Assembly: GCA_902523675.1 (NCBI GenBank)
Contig: CABZAL010000002.1
Span: forward strand, 9,890 to 73,889
Source: an uncultured Alphaproteobacteria bacterium
GTDB taxonomy: Bacteria > Pseudomonadota > Alphaproteobacteria > Methylaequorales > Methylaequoraceae
Length of the DNA stretch: 64,000 bases
Reading direction: 5' to 3'
Shown here: positions 54,175-63,642 of the stretch, piece after piece
Layout of the letters: each line of letters begins with the position of its first letter
Position numbering within the stretch: position 1 is the stretch's first letter
Notes under the pieces: model-generated
What the model saw: only the letters and a program-made list of their open reading frames with translations
What the model was told of the DNA's origin: nothing
Databases searched by the model: none
Translations under genes and position numbers: made by a program

Positions 54175-54761
54175 TAAATCTTTCCCTCTAACGCTCTAAA
54201 TGTATATCTAGCAATCATATCAATTTCAGTATTGAGAAGGTCACCAACTTTAATATTTTTAAGAGACGTATTAGCCCATGTATAGGGAATGATACTTATT
54301 TTAATAACATTTTTTTTTACTTCATTCACAGTTAAAGAAATGCCATCAATTGTAATTGAACACTTAGGAGCCATATACTTTATCAAATTCTTTTTAAGCT
54401 TTACAGTTAAAACAAAGGCACTTTCAAGTTTCTCAATTTTTTTCAAAATTGAAACTCCGTCAACATGACCAAAAACTAAATGTCCACCAATTTCATCACC
54501 TACTTTAAGTGATTTTTCTAAATTAATTTTAGATCCCGATCTTAGGTTGCTTAGACTTGTTTTTTGTATAGTTTCCTCCGAGACATCAACCCAAAAATTA
54601 TTTTTAAAAACCTTTTTAACTGTTAAACAGATTCCTGAACAAGAAATTGATTCACCTAAAACAATTTTTTCATTAAAATTGGAATTAATTTTGATTGAAT
54701 AATTCTGTTGCAAATCAATTTCTTTAATTATTCCAATATGTTTTATTATTCCAGTGAACAT
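54174..54761 (-). CDS. ribE: Riboflavin synthase
   Basis: 195 aa; MFTGIIKHIGIIKEI... with an internal duplication (SCSGICLTV / ITIDGISLTV). Confidence 0.94.
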   Translation of the reverse strand: MFTGIIKHIGIIKEIDLQQNYSIKINSNFNEKIVLGESISCSGICLTVKKVFKNNFWVDVSEETIQKTSLSNLRSGSKINLEKSLKVGDEIGGHLVFGHVDGVSILKKIEKLESAFVLTVKLKKNLIKYMAPKCSITIDGISLTVNEVKKNVIKISIIPYTWANTSLKNIKVGDLLNTEIDMIARYTFRALEGKI

Positions 54762-55888
54762 TAATATTTCTCAATATTTTTTTTCAGAAAAATTAATGAA
54801 GATTGTGATCTGTATATTTCTAATATATTATTTTTCAATTTCATAAGTTTTTTTAATTGAAATTCTTCTTCATTATAATTTCCTTTAAATTTTATTAGAC
54901 TTAATTCTGCATCCCCTACAATAATATTATTTCTAAAAATAATTAATTCATCAACAAACTTTGACTTAAGGAAAAAACCTGCCATTCGAGCCCCTCCCTC
55001 AACCAATAAATTATTTATACCAAAAGAAGAAATTTCTTTAAGAATAGTTTTTAAATTAAATTTTTTATTTTTAATATTTATAATTTCAATGTTTTTTTTT
55101 TTTAAATGTTTTGGAATTTGTTCTTTGTTCAAAGAAGAAATTAAAATAGTTTTTACAGATCTATCGGTTATGATGTGAAAATCTTCAGTCAAATCTAATT
55201 TTCTATTTATAACAATGCGGATTGGAGAAGTGTTTTCAAGACCGTTAATTCTGCATGTTAATCTTGGATTGTCAATTTTAACTGTGTTACTACCTACTAA
55301 TATTGCATCATTGTTAGATCTTAAATGATGAACAATTTTTCTTGACGAAGAATTAGATATCCACTTTTTTTTTGAGGATGTAATTTTTCCATCCAAGGTT
55401 GAGGCCATTTTAAGAGTTATTTTTGGTCTATCTTTTATTTTATTCAGAAAATAACCTTCGTAAAATTTAAATAAATCTTTTTTTAAAATTCCAGATCTTA
55501 TTGTTGTTCCATCAACACTTAATTTTTTAATTCTACTACCTTTCATTCTTTTGTCAGGATCTTTTAAAGCAAAAATTATTTGGCTAATCGGAGTTTTCTG
55601 TATTTTATCTAAACAGCTTACATCTCTACCAAAATGAGAACACGGCTCTAATGTTGAATAACATAAATATTTTTTTGTTTTTTTAAAATTTACCTTTTCT
55701 AGGGCTTTAGCCTCTGCATGGGGTCTTCCACCTTTCTGAGTGAAGCCAAAACCAGCTATTTTATCATTTTTAAAATCGTGAGTGCATTCAACAATAACAC
55801 AACCTACTGAAGGATTCGGAAAACTAGTTGCCATTCCCTTTTTAGCAAGATTAAATGCAATATTCATATATTTGTTATCAAAATGCAT
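54761..55888 (-). CDS. ribD: Bifunctional riboflavin biosynthesis protein RibD (deaminase/reductase)
   Basis: 375 aa with deaminase zinc motifs HAEAKAL and EPCSHFGR, plus a C-terminal reductase domain. Confidence 0.93.
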   Translation of the reverse strand: MHFDNKYMNIAFNLAKKGMATSFPNPSVGCVIVECTHDFKNDKIAGFGFTQKGGRPHAEAKALEKVNFKKTKKYLCYSTLEPCSHFGRDVSCLDKIQKTPISQIIFALKDPDKRMKGSRIKKLSVDGTTIRSGILKKDLFKFYEGYFLNKIKDRPKITLKMASTLDGKITSSKKKWISNSSSRKIVHHLRSNNDAILVGSNTVKIDNPRLTCRINGLENTSPIRIVINRKLDLTEDFHIITDRSVKTILISSLNKEQIPKHLKKKNIEIINIKNKKFNLKTILKEISSFGINNLLVEGGARMAGFFLKSKFVDELIIFRNNIIVGDAELSLIKFKGNYNEEEFQLKKLMKLKNNILEIYRSQSSLIFLKKNIEKY

Positions 55889-55895
55889 TGATTGG

Positions 55896-56354
55896 TTAAT
55901 CTTTTAAGTTAAGATTATTATCAATAAATTTTCTAAAATCATCGGTTTCTTGGAAATCTTTATATACAGATGCAAATCGTAAATAAGCAACTCTATCAAG
56001 TGCTTTCAGTGCATCCATTACCAATTCACCTACTACCTTAGAAGGGATTTCTGGCTCACCAGAACTTTCCAATCGCCTTTGAATTCCATTAGTTATTAGC
56101 TCTATCTGATCTGGTTTAACTGGTCTTTTCCTACAAGAAATGTCAATTGATCTAACTAACTTTTCGCGGTCAAATACTGTTCTATTTCCGTTTTTCTTCA
56201 AAATTATTAGCTCTCTTAGCTGAACCCTCTCAAATGTCGTAAACCTAGAACCGCACGCAGGGCATTGTCGCCGTCTTCTAATAGAAGCGTTATCATCTGC
56301 AGGTCTAGAGTCCTTGACTTGAGTTTCTCCATGACCACAAAATGGACAACGCAT
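55896..56354 (-). CDS. nrdR: Transcriptional repressor NrdR
   Basis: 152 aa; [18 protein letters not shown]...[14 protein letters not shown] zinc ribbon and an ATP-cone domain. Confidence 0.96.
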   Translation of the reverse strand: MRCPFCGHGETQVKDSRPADDNASIRRRRQCPACGSRFTTFERVQLRELIILKKNGNRTVFDREKLVRSIDISCRKRPVKPDQIELITNGIQRRLESSGEPEIPSKVVGELVMDALKALDRVAYLRFASVYKDFQETDDFRKFIDNNLNLKD

Positions 56355-56365
56355 CTATATATTAC

Positions 56366-57652
56366 CTACGATATTACAGAAGTATAAATTGGAAATTTAC
56401 GACATAAAGATTTTACTTTAAGTTTGACTTCATTCTCTAAAGACGAATTGTTTTCAGGGTTTGCAGATAAACCATCTAGTACGTCACCAATGTAATTGCC
56501 TATTATTTCAAACTCTTTTTCACCAAATCCTCTGCTAGTTCCTGCTGGTGTGCCCAATCTAATTCCAGATGTAACAAATGGACTTTGAGGGTCGAATGGA
56601 ACGCCATTTTTATTACATGTTATTCCAGCATTTTCTAAAGAATGTTCTGCAGCTTTACCTGTTAGATTTTTTGGTCTTAAGTCAACAAGAGTTAGATGAG
56701 TATCTGTACCTCCTGACACAACATCAAGGCCTCTGTCAATCATGACATTTGATAAAACCTTGGCGTTATTTATAACATTTTTTATATAATCTTTAAACTC
56801 AGGCTTTAAAGCTTCTCCAAATGCTACAGCTTTTGCACAAATAACATGCATTAATGGCCCACCTTGTAAACCTGGAAAAACAGCTGAGTTGATTTTCTTT
56901 GCGTAAACTTCGTTGTTTGTCAATACTAATCCACCTCTTGGACCCCTTAATGTTTTATGAGTTGTTGTTGTTACAACATCAGCATACTGAAGGGGGTTAG
57001 GGTATAAACCGGTTGCCACTAATCCAGCAAAATGTGCCATATCAACTAGAAATATAGCTCCAACGGATTTTGCAATTTGATGGAATTTATCAAAATCAAT
57101 TATTCTTGGATAAGAAGAACCTCCAGCAATAATTAATTTTGGCTTATGTTTGTTTGCAAGCCTTTCAACCTCATCATAATCAATTAAGGCATCTTCTTTT
57201 TTTACACCATACTGAATAGCATTGAACCATTTTCCTGACTCATTTGGGGGAGCTCCGTGTGTTAGATGTCCTCCAGCTGCAAGAGACATCCCCATTATAG
57301 TATCTCCAGGCTTAAGTAAAGCCAAAAACACAGCTTGATTGGCTTGAGATCCAGAGTGAACTTGGACGTTTGCGAAGTTTGCCCCAAATAATTTTTTGAC
57401 TCTTTCAATGCATATGTCCTCAACGACATCAACATGTTCGCAACCACCATAGTAGCGTTTACCAGAATATCCTTCTGCATATTTATTCGTTAAAACAGTG
57501 CCTTGGGCCTCTAATACAGCTTTGGACACAATGTTTTCAGATGCGATTAGCTCTATTTGGTCATTTTGTCTGTGAAATTCATTTTTTACAGCATCTAAAA
57601 TAGATGGATCAGTCTGGTTTAAACTACTTTCAAAAAAAAGATTTTCTGTCAT
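56366..57652 (-). CDS. glyA: Serine hydroxymethyltransferase
   Basis: 428 aa; [53 protein letters not shown]. Confidence 0.98.
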   Translation of the reverse strand: MTENLFFESSLNQTDPSILDAVKNEFHRQNDQIELIASENIVSKAVLEAQGTVLTNKYAEGYSGKRYYGGCEHVDVVEDICIERVKKLFGANFANVQVHSGSQANQAVFLALLKPGDTIMGMSLAAGGHLTHGAPPNESGKWFNAIQYGVKKEDALIDYDEVERLANKHKPKLIIAGGSSYPRIIDFDKFHQIAKSVGAIFLVDMAHFAGLVATGLYPNPLQYADVVTTTTHKTLRGPRGGLVLTNNEVYAKKINSAVFPGLQGGPLMHVICAKAVAFGEALKPEFKDYIKNVINNAKVLSNVMIDRGLDVVSGGTDTHLTLVDLRPKNLTGKAAEHSLENAGITCNKNGVPFDPQSPFVTSGIRLGTPAGTSRGFGEKEFEIIGNYIGDVLDGLSANPENNSSLENEVKLKVKSLCRKFPIYTSVIS

Positions 57653-57671
57653 TATAGCTCCCTTTTTCTCC

Positions 57672-58112
57672 TTAATGGTTATTTAATTTGTTAATTCTAG
57701 CAATATGGCGCCCTTTTTCAAAATTTGTAAAAAAAAAGCCTTCTAAACATTTAATAGCTTGTTCGAAAGAAATCAACCTTGAACCTAAAACAATTATATT
57801 TGCATCATTATGTTGTCTTGAAAGTTTTGCCATATTTTCGTTAATGCACAGAGCAGCCCTTACATTTTTATACCTGTTAGCAACAATTGACATTCCAACA
57901 CCTGAGCCACAAATTAAAACTCCTACCAAAAACTTACCACTATCAACTTTTTGTGCAACTAATTTTCCATAGTCTGGATAATCCACAGACTCTCTAGTAA
58001 AGGTTCCTACGTCAGAAAAATTAATCTTTTCTTTAAATTGGTTCTCAATAATTTTGAGTTTCAGTTCAAAACCAGCATGATCACTACCTATTATTACATT
58101 TATATTTTGCAT
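57672..58112 (-). CDS. rpiB: Ribose-5-phosphate isomerase B
   Basis: 146 aa; [11 protein letters not shown]..., [17 protein letters not shown]. Confidence 0.93.
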   Translation of the reverse strand: MQNINVIIGSDHAGFELKLKIIENQFKEKINFSDVGTFTRESVDYPDYGKLVAQKVDSGKFLVGVLICGSGVGMSIVANRYKNVRAALCINENMAKLSRQHNDANIIVLGSRLISFEQAIKCLEGFFFTNFEKGRHIARINKLNNH

Positions 58113-58114
58113 TT

Positions 58115-59533
58115 CTAAAATTTATATTTTTTAAGATCTTTTTGTAATCTTGGAGCTAGAAAATATATTCCAATCAAATTAGGTATTGACATTGCAAAGA
58201 TCATTGCATCGGAAAAATTAATGACATTTGTTAAATTCATGGATGTTCCAATAACAATAAATACAAGAAAAATTGACTTATAAGAATATACACTTAAATT
58301 ATTCTGACCAAAAATATATGTCCAACACCTTAACCCATAATAGGACCATGTAATAAGGGTGGAAATAGCAAAAAGGGTAATCGCAAAAGCAAGCAGGGTT
58401 GGAAACCATATGAACACTGAAGAAAATGCCTTTGAGGTAAGTTCAACTCCTTGAATTCCACTTGAGTTTAAATATGAACCTGTAATGATTATTACAAATG
58501 CAGTCATGGAACAAATTAAGATTGTATCAACAAATGGTGACAAAAGTGACATGAAACCAGTATTTAAATGATTATCGCTTTTTGCTGGAGCATAAGCTAT
58601 TGGAGCAGATCCTATGCCAGACTCATTTGAAAAAACCGCTCTCTTAACACCAGCTAACATTACTCCAATTATTCCACCGACAGTTGCTTGCGAATTAAAT
58701 GCACCATTAAGAATCAAACTTATTGCATTAGGTATTTCTGAATAATTTGAGAAAATTATAAATAAACAAGTTAAGCAATAAATACCACCCATAAATGGAA
58801 CTAATTTTGAAGTTACTTTACCAATTGATTTGATGCCACCAATGATTATTAAACCAACAACAATTGAAAAAATTAGTCCACCTAACCACCCTTTATCAAA
58901 GAAAAAACTATCTGCTCCACCTGTGGCTATAATAATTTGTTGAAAAGCTTGATTTGCCTGAAACATATTACCACCACCGAATGAACCACCAATGCAACAA
59001 ATAGCAAAGAAAAAAGCTAGAAATTTTCCAAACTTTGGGAAACCACATTCTTTCATCCCATCCGAAAGATACCTTATTGCACCACCAGAAACTGTTCCAT
59101 CAGAATGAATGACTCTATATTTGTGACCTAAGCTAACTTCTACAAATTTTAGAGTCATTCCAAAAAAAGCCATAATAATCATCCATAACATAGCACCAGG
59201 TCCACCAATTGATATTGCAACTGCAACACCAGCAATATTACCAAGACCAATAGTTCCTGACATTGCAGCTGTAAACGACTGAAAATGAGTAATTTCTCCT
59301 GGTGCATCTGGTTTATCGAACTTTCCTATAGCCACCAACCATCCTTGTTTAAAAGCCCTTATGTTTATGAATCTAAAATAAAAAGTAAAAAAAAGACTTG
59401 CGATGACCAACCAAATCACAACAAGTGGGACTTGATTGTTTTGAATTGAAAAACTAGTAAAAATCAGATTAGTAATAAATGAAGAAAAAGGTTCTATTAA
59501 ACTTTCAATTTTTTGATCTAAATTTTCAGACAT
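58115..59533 (-). CDS. Sodium:alanine (amino acid) symporter, AGCS family
   Basis: 472 aa polytopic membrane protein; FQSFTAAMSGTIGLGNIAGVAVAISIGGPGAMLWM, SNESGIGSAPIAYA. Confidence 0.85.
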   Translation of the reverse strand: MSENLDQKIESLIEPFSSFITNLIFTSFSIQNNQVPLVVIWLVIASLFFTFYFRFINIRAFKQGWLVAIGKFDKPDAPGEITHFQSFTAAMSGTIGLGNIAGVAVAISIGGPGAMLWMIIMAFFGMTLKFVEVSLGHKYRVIHSDGTVSGGAIRYLSDGMKECGFPKFGKFLAFFFAICCIGGSFGGGNMFQANQAFQQIIIATGGADSFFFDKGWLGGLIFSIVVGLIIIGGIKSIGKVTSKLVPFMGGIYCLTCLFIIFSNYSEIPNAISLILNGAFNSQATVGGIIGVMLAGVKRAVFSNESGIGSAPIAYAPAKSDNHLNTGFMSLLSPFVDTILICSMTAFVIIITGSYLNSSGIQGVELTSKAFSSVFIWFPTLLAFAITLFAISTLITWSYYGLRCWTYIFGQNNLSVYSYKSIFLVFIVIGTSMNLTNVINFSDAMIFAMSIPNLIGIYFLAPRLQKDLKKYKF

Positions 59534-59566
59534 ATCTGTTCCATATTATTAAAAAAAAAATTAAAC

Positions 59567-60886
59567 TCATAGTACTTCTTTGCTAAATTCCTTGATAACC
59601 ATATCAATATCTTCATATGCTTTTTGAAGAGTGGTAGTTGAGATACAGTATGGGGGCATTAGGTACACAGTATTACCTAAAGGACGTATTATGTATCCTT
59701 TTTCTAAAAAACTTTCTTTAATTAGATTACTAACATCTGAACCGTAATTAACATCAAGAATGCTCAAATCAAAAGCTGAAATTGTTCCTATCATTCTAAC
59801 TTTTGAAACAGTTGGGTTTTTATCAATAAGTTCGAGACCTTCATGATGTAATTTTTTTATCTGTTCAATCTTTGAAAATGTATTTTCTTTACCAAATAAA
59901 TCAATCGATGTGTTGGCAGCACTACATGCAATTGGGTTTGCTGTAAAAGAATGCCCATGTAAAAAACTTTTAGTTATATCTAAATCAATAAACTGATTAT
60001 GAATTGTCTCAGTGAAGACTGTAGCTGCTAAAGGTAAATAACCACCTGTTATTGATTTAGCTAAACATATAACATCAGGTATAATATTGAGATAATCCGT
60101 TGCAAACATTTTGCCTGTGCGACCAAAGCCGGTCATAACCTCATCAAAAATTACTAAAATATTATTTTGCTTGAATTTCTTTACGAGTGCATTTAAAAAT
60201 TCTGGCCTACATATTTTCATACCAGAGGCACCTTGAATAAGTGGTTCAATTATTATAGCAATTAAATCTTTTCCAAACTTATCAATAATTTTATCTGCTT
60301 CGCTGAGAGAATGAAGTTCTTTTTCTTCCACAGAATTATTACCTCTGTAATTCTCTGGATATGGCAAAAAATGTGTATTAATTACCAAATCACTAAAAGG
60401 CTCATAAAATCCAGACGAAAAACCAAGAGACATTGCCCCGAGTGTATCTCCATGATAGCCTCCAGTCAAAGCTGCAAACTGATTTTTTTTAATACCTTGA
60501 TTAAACCAAAATTGATAACAAACTTTCATTGCTATCTCTACCGAAGTTGATCCATTATCCGAGTAAAAAATTCGATTTAAATCCCCAGGTAATATTTCAC
60601 TTAACTTCTTAGCTAGTTTTACTGCTGGCTCATGAGTTAAGTCTGCAAATACAACTTGGTCTAAAAGTTTAGATTGTTCTGCAATGCTTTCAATTATTTC
60701 TTTTTTTGAATGACCGTGAATATTGACCCACCATGAAGATATTAGATCTAAATATTCTTTTCCATCAATGTCTATGAGTTTGTCATTATTTGCAGATCTA
60801 ATAACGATTGGTGGCTTTGATTTTTTTATATTCGTAAATGGATGCCAAATATAATTTTTATCATTTTCTAAAATATATTTTTTCAT
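59567..60886 (-). CDS. bioA: Adenosylmethionine-8-amino-7-oxononanoate aminotransferase
   Basis: 439 aa class-III aminotransferase; IWHPFT..., VIFDEVMTGFGRTGKMFA, and a PLP lysine in CLAKSITGG. It overlaps bioD. Confidence 0.9.
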   Translation of the reverse strand: MKKYILENDKNYIWHPFTNIKKSKPPIVIRSANNDKLIDIDGKEYLDLISSWWVNIHGHSKKEIIESIAEQSKLLDQVVFADLTHEPAVKLAKKLSEILPGDLNRIFYSDNGSTSVEIAMKVCYQFWFNQGIKKNQFAALTGGYHGDTLGAMSLGFSSGFYEPFSDLVINTHFLPYPENYRGNNSVEEKELHSLSEADKIIDKFGKDLIAIIIEPLIQGASGMKICRPEFLNALVKKFKQNNILVIFDEVMTGFGRTGKMFATDYLNIIPDVICLAKSITGGYLPLAATVFTETIHNQFIDLDITKSFLHGHSFTANPIACSAANTSIDLFGKENTFSKIEQIKKLHHEGLELIDKNPTVSKVRMIGTISAFDLSILDVNYGSDVSNLIKESFLEKGYIIRPLGNTVYLMPPYCISTTTLQKAYEDIDMVIKEFSKEVL

Positions 60887-61530
60887 ATGAAATTCAAATA
60901 TTTTTCAAGTTTAACAATATTACTTCTTGTAATTTTTTCAAATACTGGAATTCTTCCTAAATTTTTTATATTTTTTTTTATTTTTCGTGAAAAACTTAAA
61001 ATTGTTTTCTCAACCTGAATATTCTCATCACCAACGAAAATAATACCATAAATAATTTGATTTTTAATGTTTAATGCATTTATTGTTAATAAAGTATGAT
61101 TGATTGTACCAAGAGAAGTCTTTGCAACAACTATTGTTGGTAATTTAAGTACTTTAATTAAATCGATCACAAATTCTTTATTATTAATTGGAACCAAAAC
61201 TCCACCAGCTCCTTCAACTATAATTGGCTTTTCAACCTTTTTGAAATCATTCAACATTAGTCTCATAGAAATTTTTATATTTTCTTTTTTTGCAGCTAAG
61301 TTAGGTGAAACGGGCTCCAAAAAATAATATGACTCTTTAAAAATTTTTTGCGATGAACCAATCACTAGTTTCTTTACTACTTGAGAATCAGATAAATTAT
61401 TGCTATTTACACCACACTGTATTGGCTTCCAATAGTTAGCTTTAAATTTATTTACTAAAATAGCTGAAATTATTGTTTTACCAATGTTTGTATCTGTAGC
61501 AGTAATAAAAAATCCATTTTTAAGTTTCAT
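60883..61530 (-). CDS. bioD: Dethiobiotin synthetase
   Basis: 215 aa with a P-loop (FFITATDTNIGKT) and VEGAGGVLVP. It lies between bioC and bioA. Confidence 0.9.
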   Translation of the reverse strand: MKLKNGFFITATDTNIGKTIISAILVNKFKANYWKPIQCGVNSNNLSDSQVVKKLVIGSSQKIFKESYYFLEPVSPNLAAKKENIKISMRLMLNDFKKVEKPIIVEGAGGVLVPINNKEFVIDLIKVLKLPTIVVAKTSLGTINHTLLTINALNIKNQIIYGIIFVGDENIQVEKTILSFSRKIKKNIKNLGRIPVFEKITRSNIVKLEKYLNFI

Positions 61531-62290
61531 TTTTTTTTATTAAACATAGTGAAATATCATAATCTAAAAAAAATTCTTTATTATCAATTTTTTTTAAAAA
61601 AAACAAATTATGTTGTTTGTTATTTATTTTAATATTCACTCCTAATTTTCTCAATTCTTTTAGGAAATGAATTGGATGAAAATATTTTCGAAAAATTTTA
61701 ATTTTTTTTGTAGAAAAATTAATATTTTTATTTTTTCTTAAGTTAAATATCATGTTTTCTCCTGGAAAAACATTAAAAAAGTTATTCATTATATCTTTGG
61801 GTAAAAGTTTCTTAAAGTTGCTAAAACTATTATTATTGGGTACTGAAAATATAAAAAAAGATCCTGCATTCATATTTGAAATAATATTTTTCAACAACTT
61901 ATTTATATTTAATGACCAATGAAGTGCCATATTAGATACAATCAAATTAAATTCTGCCAATTCAAAATATTTGTCAAAATCACAAACTAAAAATTCAACT
62001 TTTTTTTCTTTTATTTTTCCCTTAGAGCATTTGATCATTTCACTTGATATATCAATTAGTTTGATTTTATCAATCAAAAAATTTGATATAATCTTTTTTG
62101 AAAACTCTCCAGTTCCACAGCCTAAGTCAACTAAAGAAATTGGATCCTTATAAATATTATAATTTTTTTTTTTGGAGAAGTTTTTTTTAAAAAAATCTAA
62201 AAGAAGTCGACCTACTTCTTTTTGTACTTCACTAAACTTATCATACGTTACTGCGCCTAAATCAAACGATTGCTTTATTTTTCTTTTCAT
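61520..62290 (-). CDS. bioC: Malonyl-ACP O-methyltransferase BioC
   Basis: 256 aa; IKQSFDLGAVTYDKFSEVQKEV matches the BioC signature (F..AA..Y...A.lQ). It has a SAM motif (VDLGCGTGEFS), SNMALHW, and bio-cluster context. Confidence 0.75.
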   Translation of the reverse strand: MKRKIKQSFDLGAVTYDKFSEVQKEVGRLLLDFFKKNFSKKKNYNIYKDPISLVDLGCGTGEFSKKIISNFLIDKIKLIDISSEMIKCSKGKIKEKKVEFLVCDFDKYFELAEFNLIVSNMALHWSLNINKLLKNIISNMNAGSFFIFSVPNNNSFSNFKKLLPKDIMNNFFNVFPGENMIFNLRKNKNINFSTKKIKIFRKYFHPIHFLKELRKLGVNIKINNKQHNLFFLKKIDNKEFFLDYDISLCLIKKNET

Positions 62291-62513
62291 CTTCTTTTAT
62301 TTGTTCATTGAATATTTTTATAATTAAACTCCTACATTTTATTGGCTCCAAGTAAGGAAATGCATGAGAACTTTTTTCTAATAACATAAAATTTTGATGA
62401 TTTTTATTTTTGAAGTATTTTTTAAAGTCTCTTTTTTTCAATATATTATCTGCAGAACTATAGATCGAAAAAATTTTATTTGTAAGTTTTGATGTTTGTT
62501 CGACTAATCTTTC
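62262..62513 (-). pseudogene. BioH-like alpha/beta-hydrolase fragment (C-terminal third only, no usable start)
   Basis: An 83-codon stop-to-stop frame that I translated by hand reads ERLVEQTSKLTNKIFSIYSSADNILKKRDFKKYFKNKNHQNFMLLEKSSHAFPYLEPIKCRSLIIKIFNEQIKEDEKKNKAIV*. It resembles the BioH C-terminus (YGYLDGLVP...AAHAPFISHP.EF). It has the catalytic Asp and His regions but no G-x-S-x-G nucleophile. Confidence 0.55.
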
Positions 62514-63625
62514 TTAATGTAATTGATAAAATGTAATGCTAATTCCTGATTTCTACCTCCAGTTCCAGTTCCTTTAATTTTTACAGTGCTTTCTCCTCCC
62601 GAAATTAAAATGATTGGTTTTTTTTTTTTGAAACTAGCAATATTTCTTGCGAAATCTCGGGCAACCTTTTTTACATCACCCTCTATATTATACTTCCAAA
62701 TTATGCAATTCACATTTAATTTATTACACTCATTCTTAATTTCATTCAAACATTTTATATTACTACCAATAAGAGTATTTTTTGAGTTTTTAAATATTTT
62801 GTTAGTTTTTTTTGGTGTTTCAGGTTTTTTTCTTAAGATTCCATCTTTTAAATGTCTAATAATAGATTTTGGAGAATTTTTCCATATACCGTATTTTTTT
62901 AGAATTCTTTTTGCGTCTCTAAATGTTGTGTTATCAGGGACAGTTAATCCACTGGAAATTGAACTCAAATCATCACCAACAACATCTGATAATACTAGTG
63001 AATGAACTTTACTTGGAAAACAGTATTTTAATAAATTTCCACCTTTAATCTGTGAAAGATGCTTTCTAACAGTGTTAATTTCATCAATAATGGCACCACT
63101 TTCTATTAGTTTCTTATTTATGGATATCTTATCTTTTAAGCTGATATCTTGTGCAGGTAAAGGTAAAAGCGAAGAACCACCTCCAGAAATTAAAATTAAT
63201 ACTAAATCATTTTCCTTAGTACTGCCCAGACTTTTAATAATATACTGTGATGCCTTGATTCCACTTGCGTTTGGGAGTGGATGACCTGAAGAAAAACATT
63301 TAAAATTTTTTACTTTTCTAAAGTTTTCCTTATTTGATACCACGATACCTTCTTGAATTTTTAGATCACTATTTTTAAAAATTTTATTTATGGTTTCTGC
63401 AGTTTCTACTGAGGCTTTTCCAATACATAAAATATAAATTTTTTCAATATTCTTATACTTAATATATTTGTTTTGATTTGTGTTGACCAATAGAACTTTT
63501 TTTTGAATTTTAAGATATTTATCTAATATTAAGTTGGGTTTTACAACTCTGATACCGGAATTAAAAAGGTTTAATAAAAAATTTTTAAGATTTCTATCTT
63601 TACCATTAATTTTAATGGAATTCAT
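62504..63625 (-). CDS. TtuD/MOFRL-type glycerate 2-kinase (hydroxypyruvate-reductase-like), apparently truncated at the C-terminus
   Basis: 373 aa; CIGKASVETAE, SSGHPLPNASG, LISGGGSSLL, VRKHLSQIKGG, LSDVVGDDLSSISSGLTVPD, ISGGESTVKIKGTGTGGRNQELAL. The ORF ends 12 codons after GGRNQE, so most of the MOFRL C-terminal domain is missing. Confidence 0.8.
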   Translation of the reverse strand: MNSIKINGKDRNLKNFLLNLFNSGIRVVKPNLILDKYLKIQKKVLLVNTNQNKYIKYKNIEKIYILCIGKASVETAETINKIFKNSDLKIQEGIVVSNKENFRKVKNFKCFSSGHPLPNASGIKASQYIIKSLGSTKENDLVLILISGGGSSLLPLPAQDISLKDKISINKKLIESGAIIDEINTVRKHLSQIKGGNLLKYCFPSKVHSLVLSDVVGDDLSSISSGLTVPDNTTFRDAKRILKKYGIWKNSPKSIIRHLKDGILRKKPETPKKTNKIFKNSKNTLIGSNIKCLNEIKNECNKLNVNCIIWKYNIEGDVKKVARDFARNIASFKKKKPIILISGGESTVKIKGTGTGGRNQELALHFINYIKKD

Positions 63626-63642
63626 TTTACAAACATTTGATG

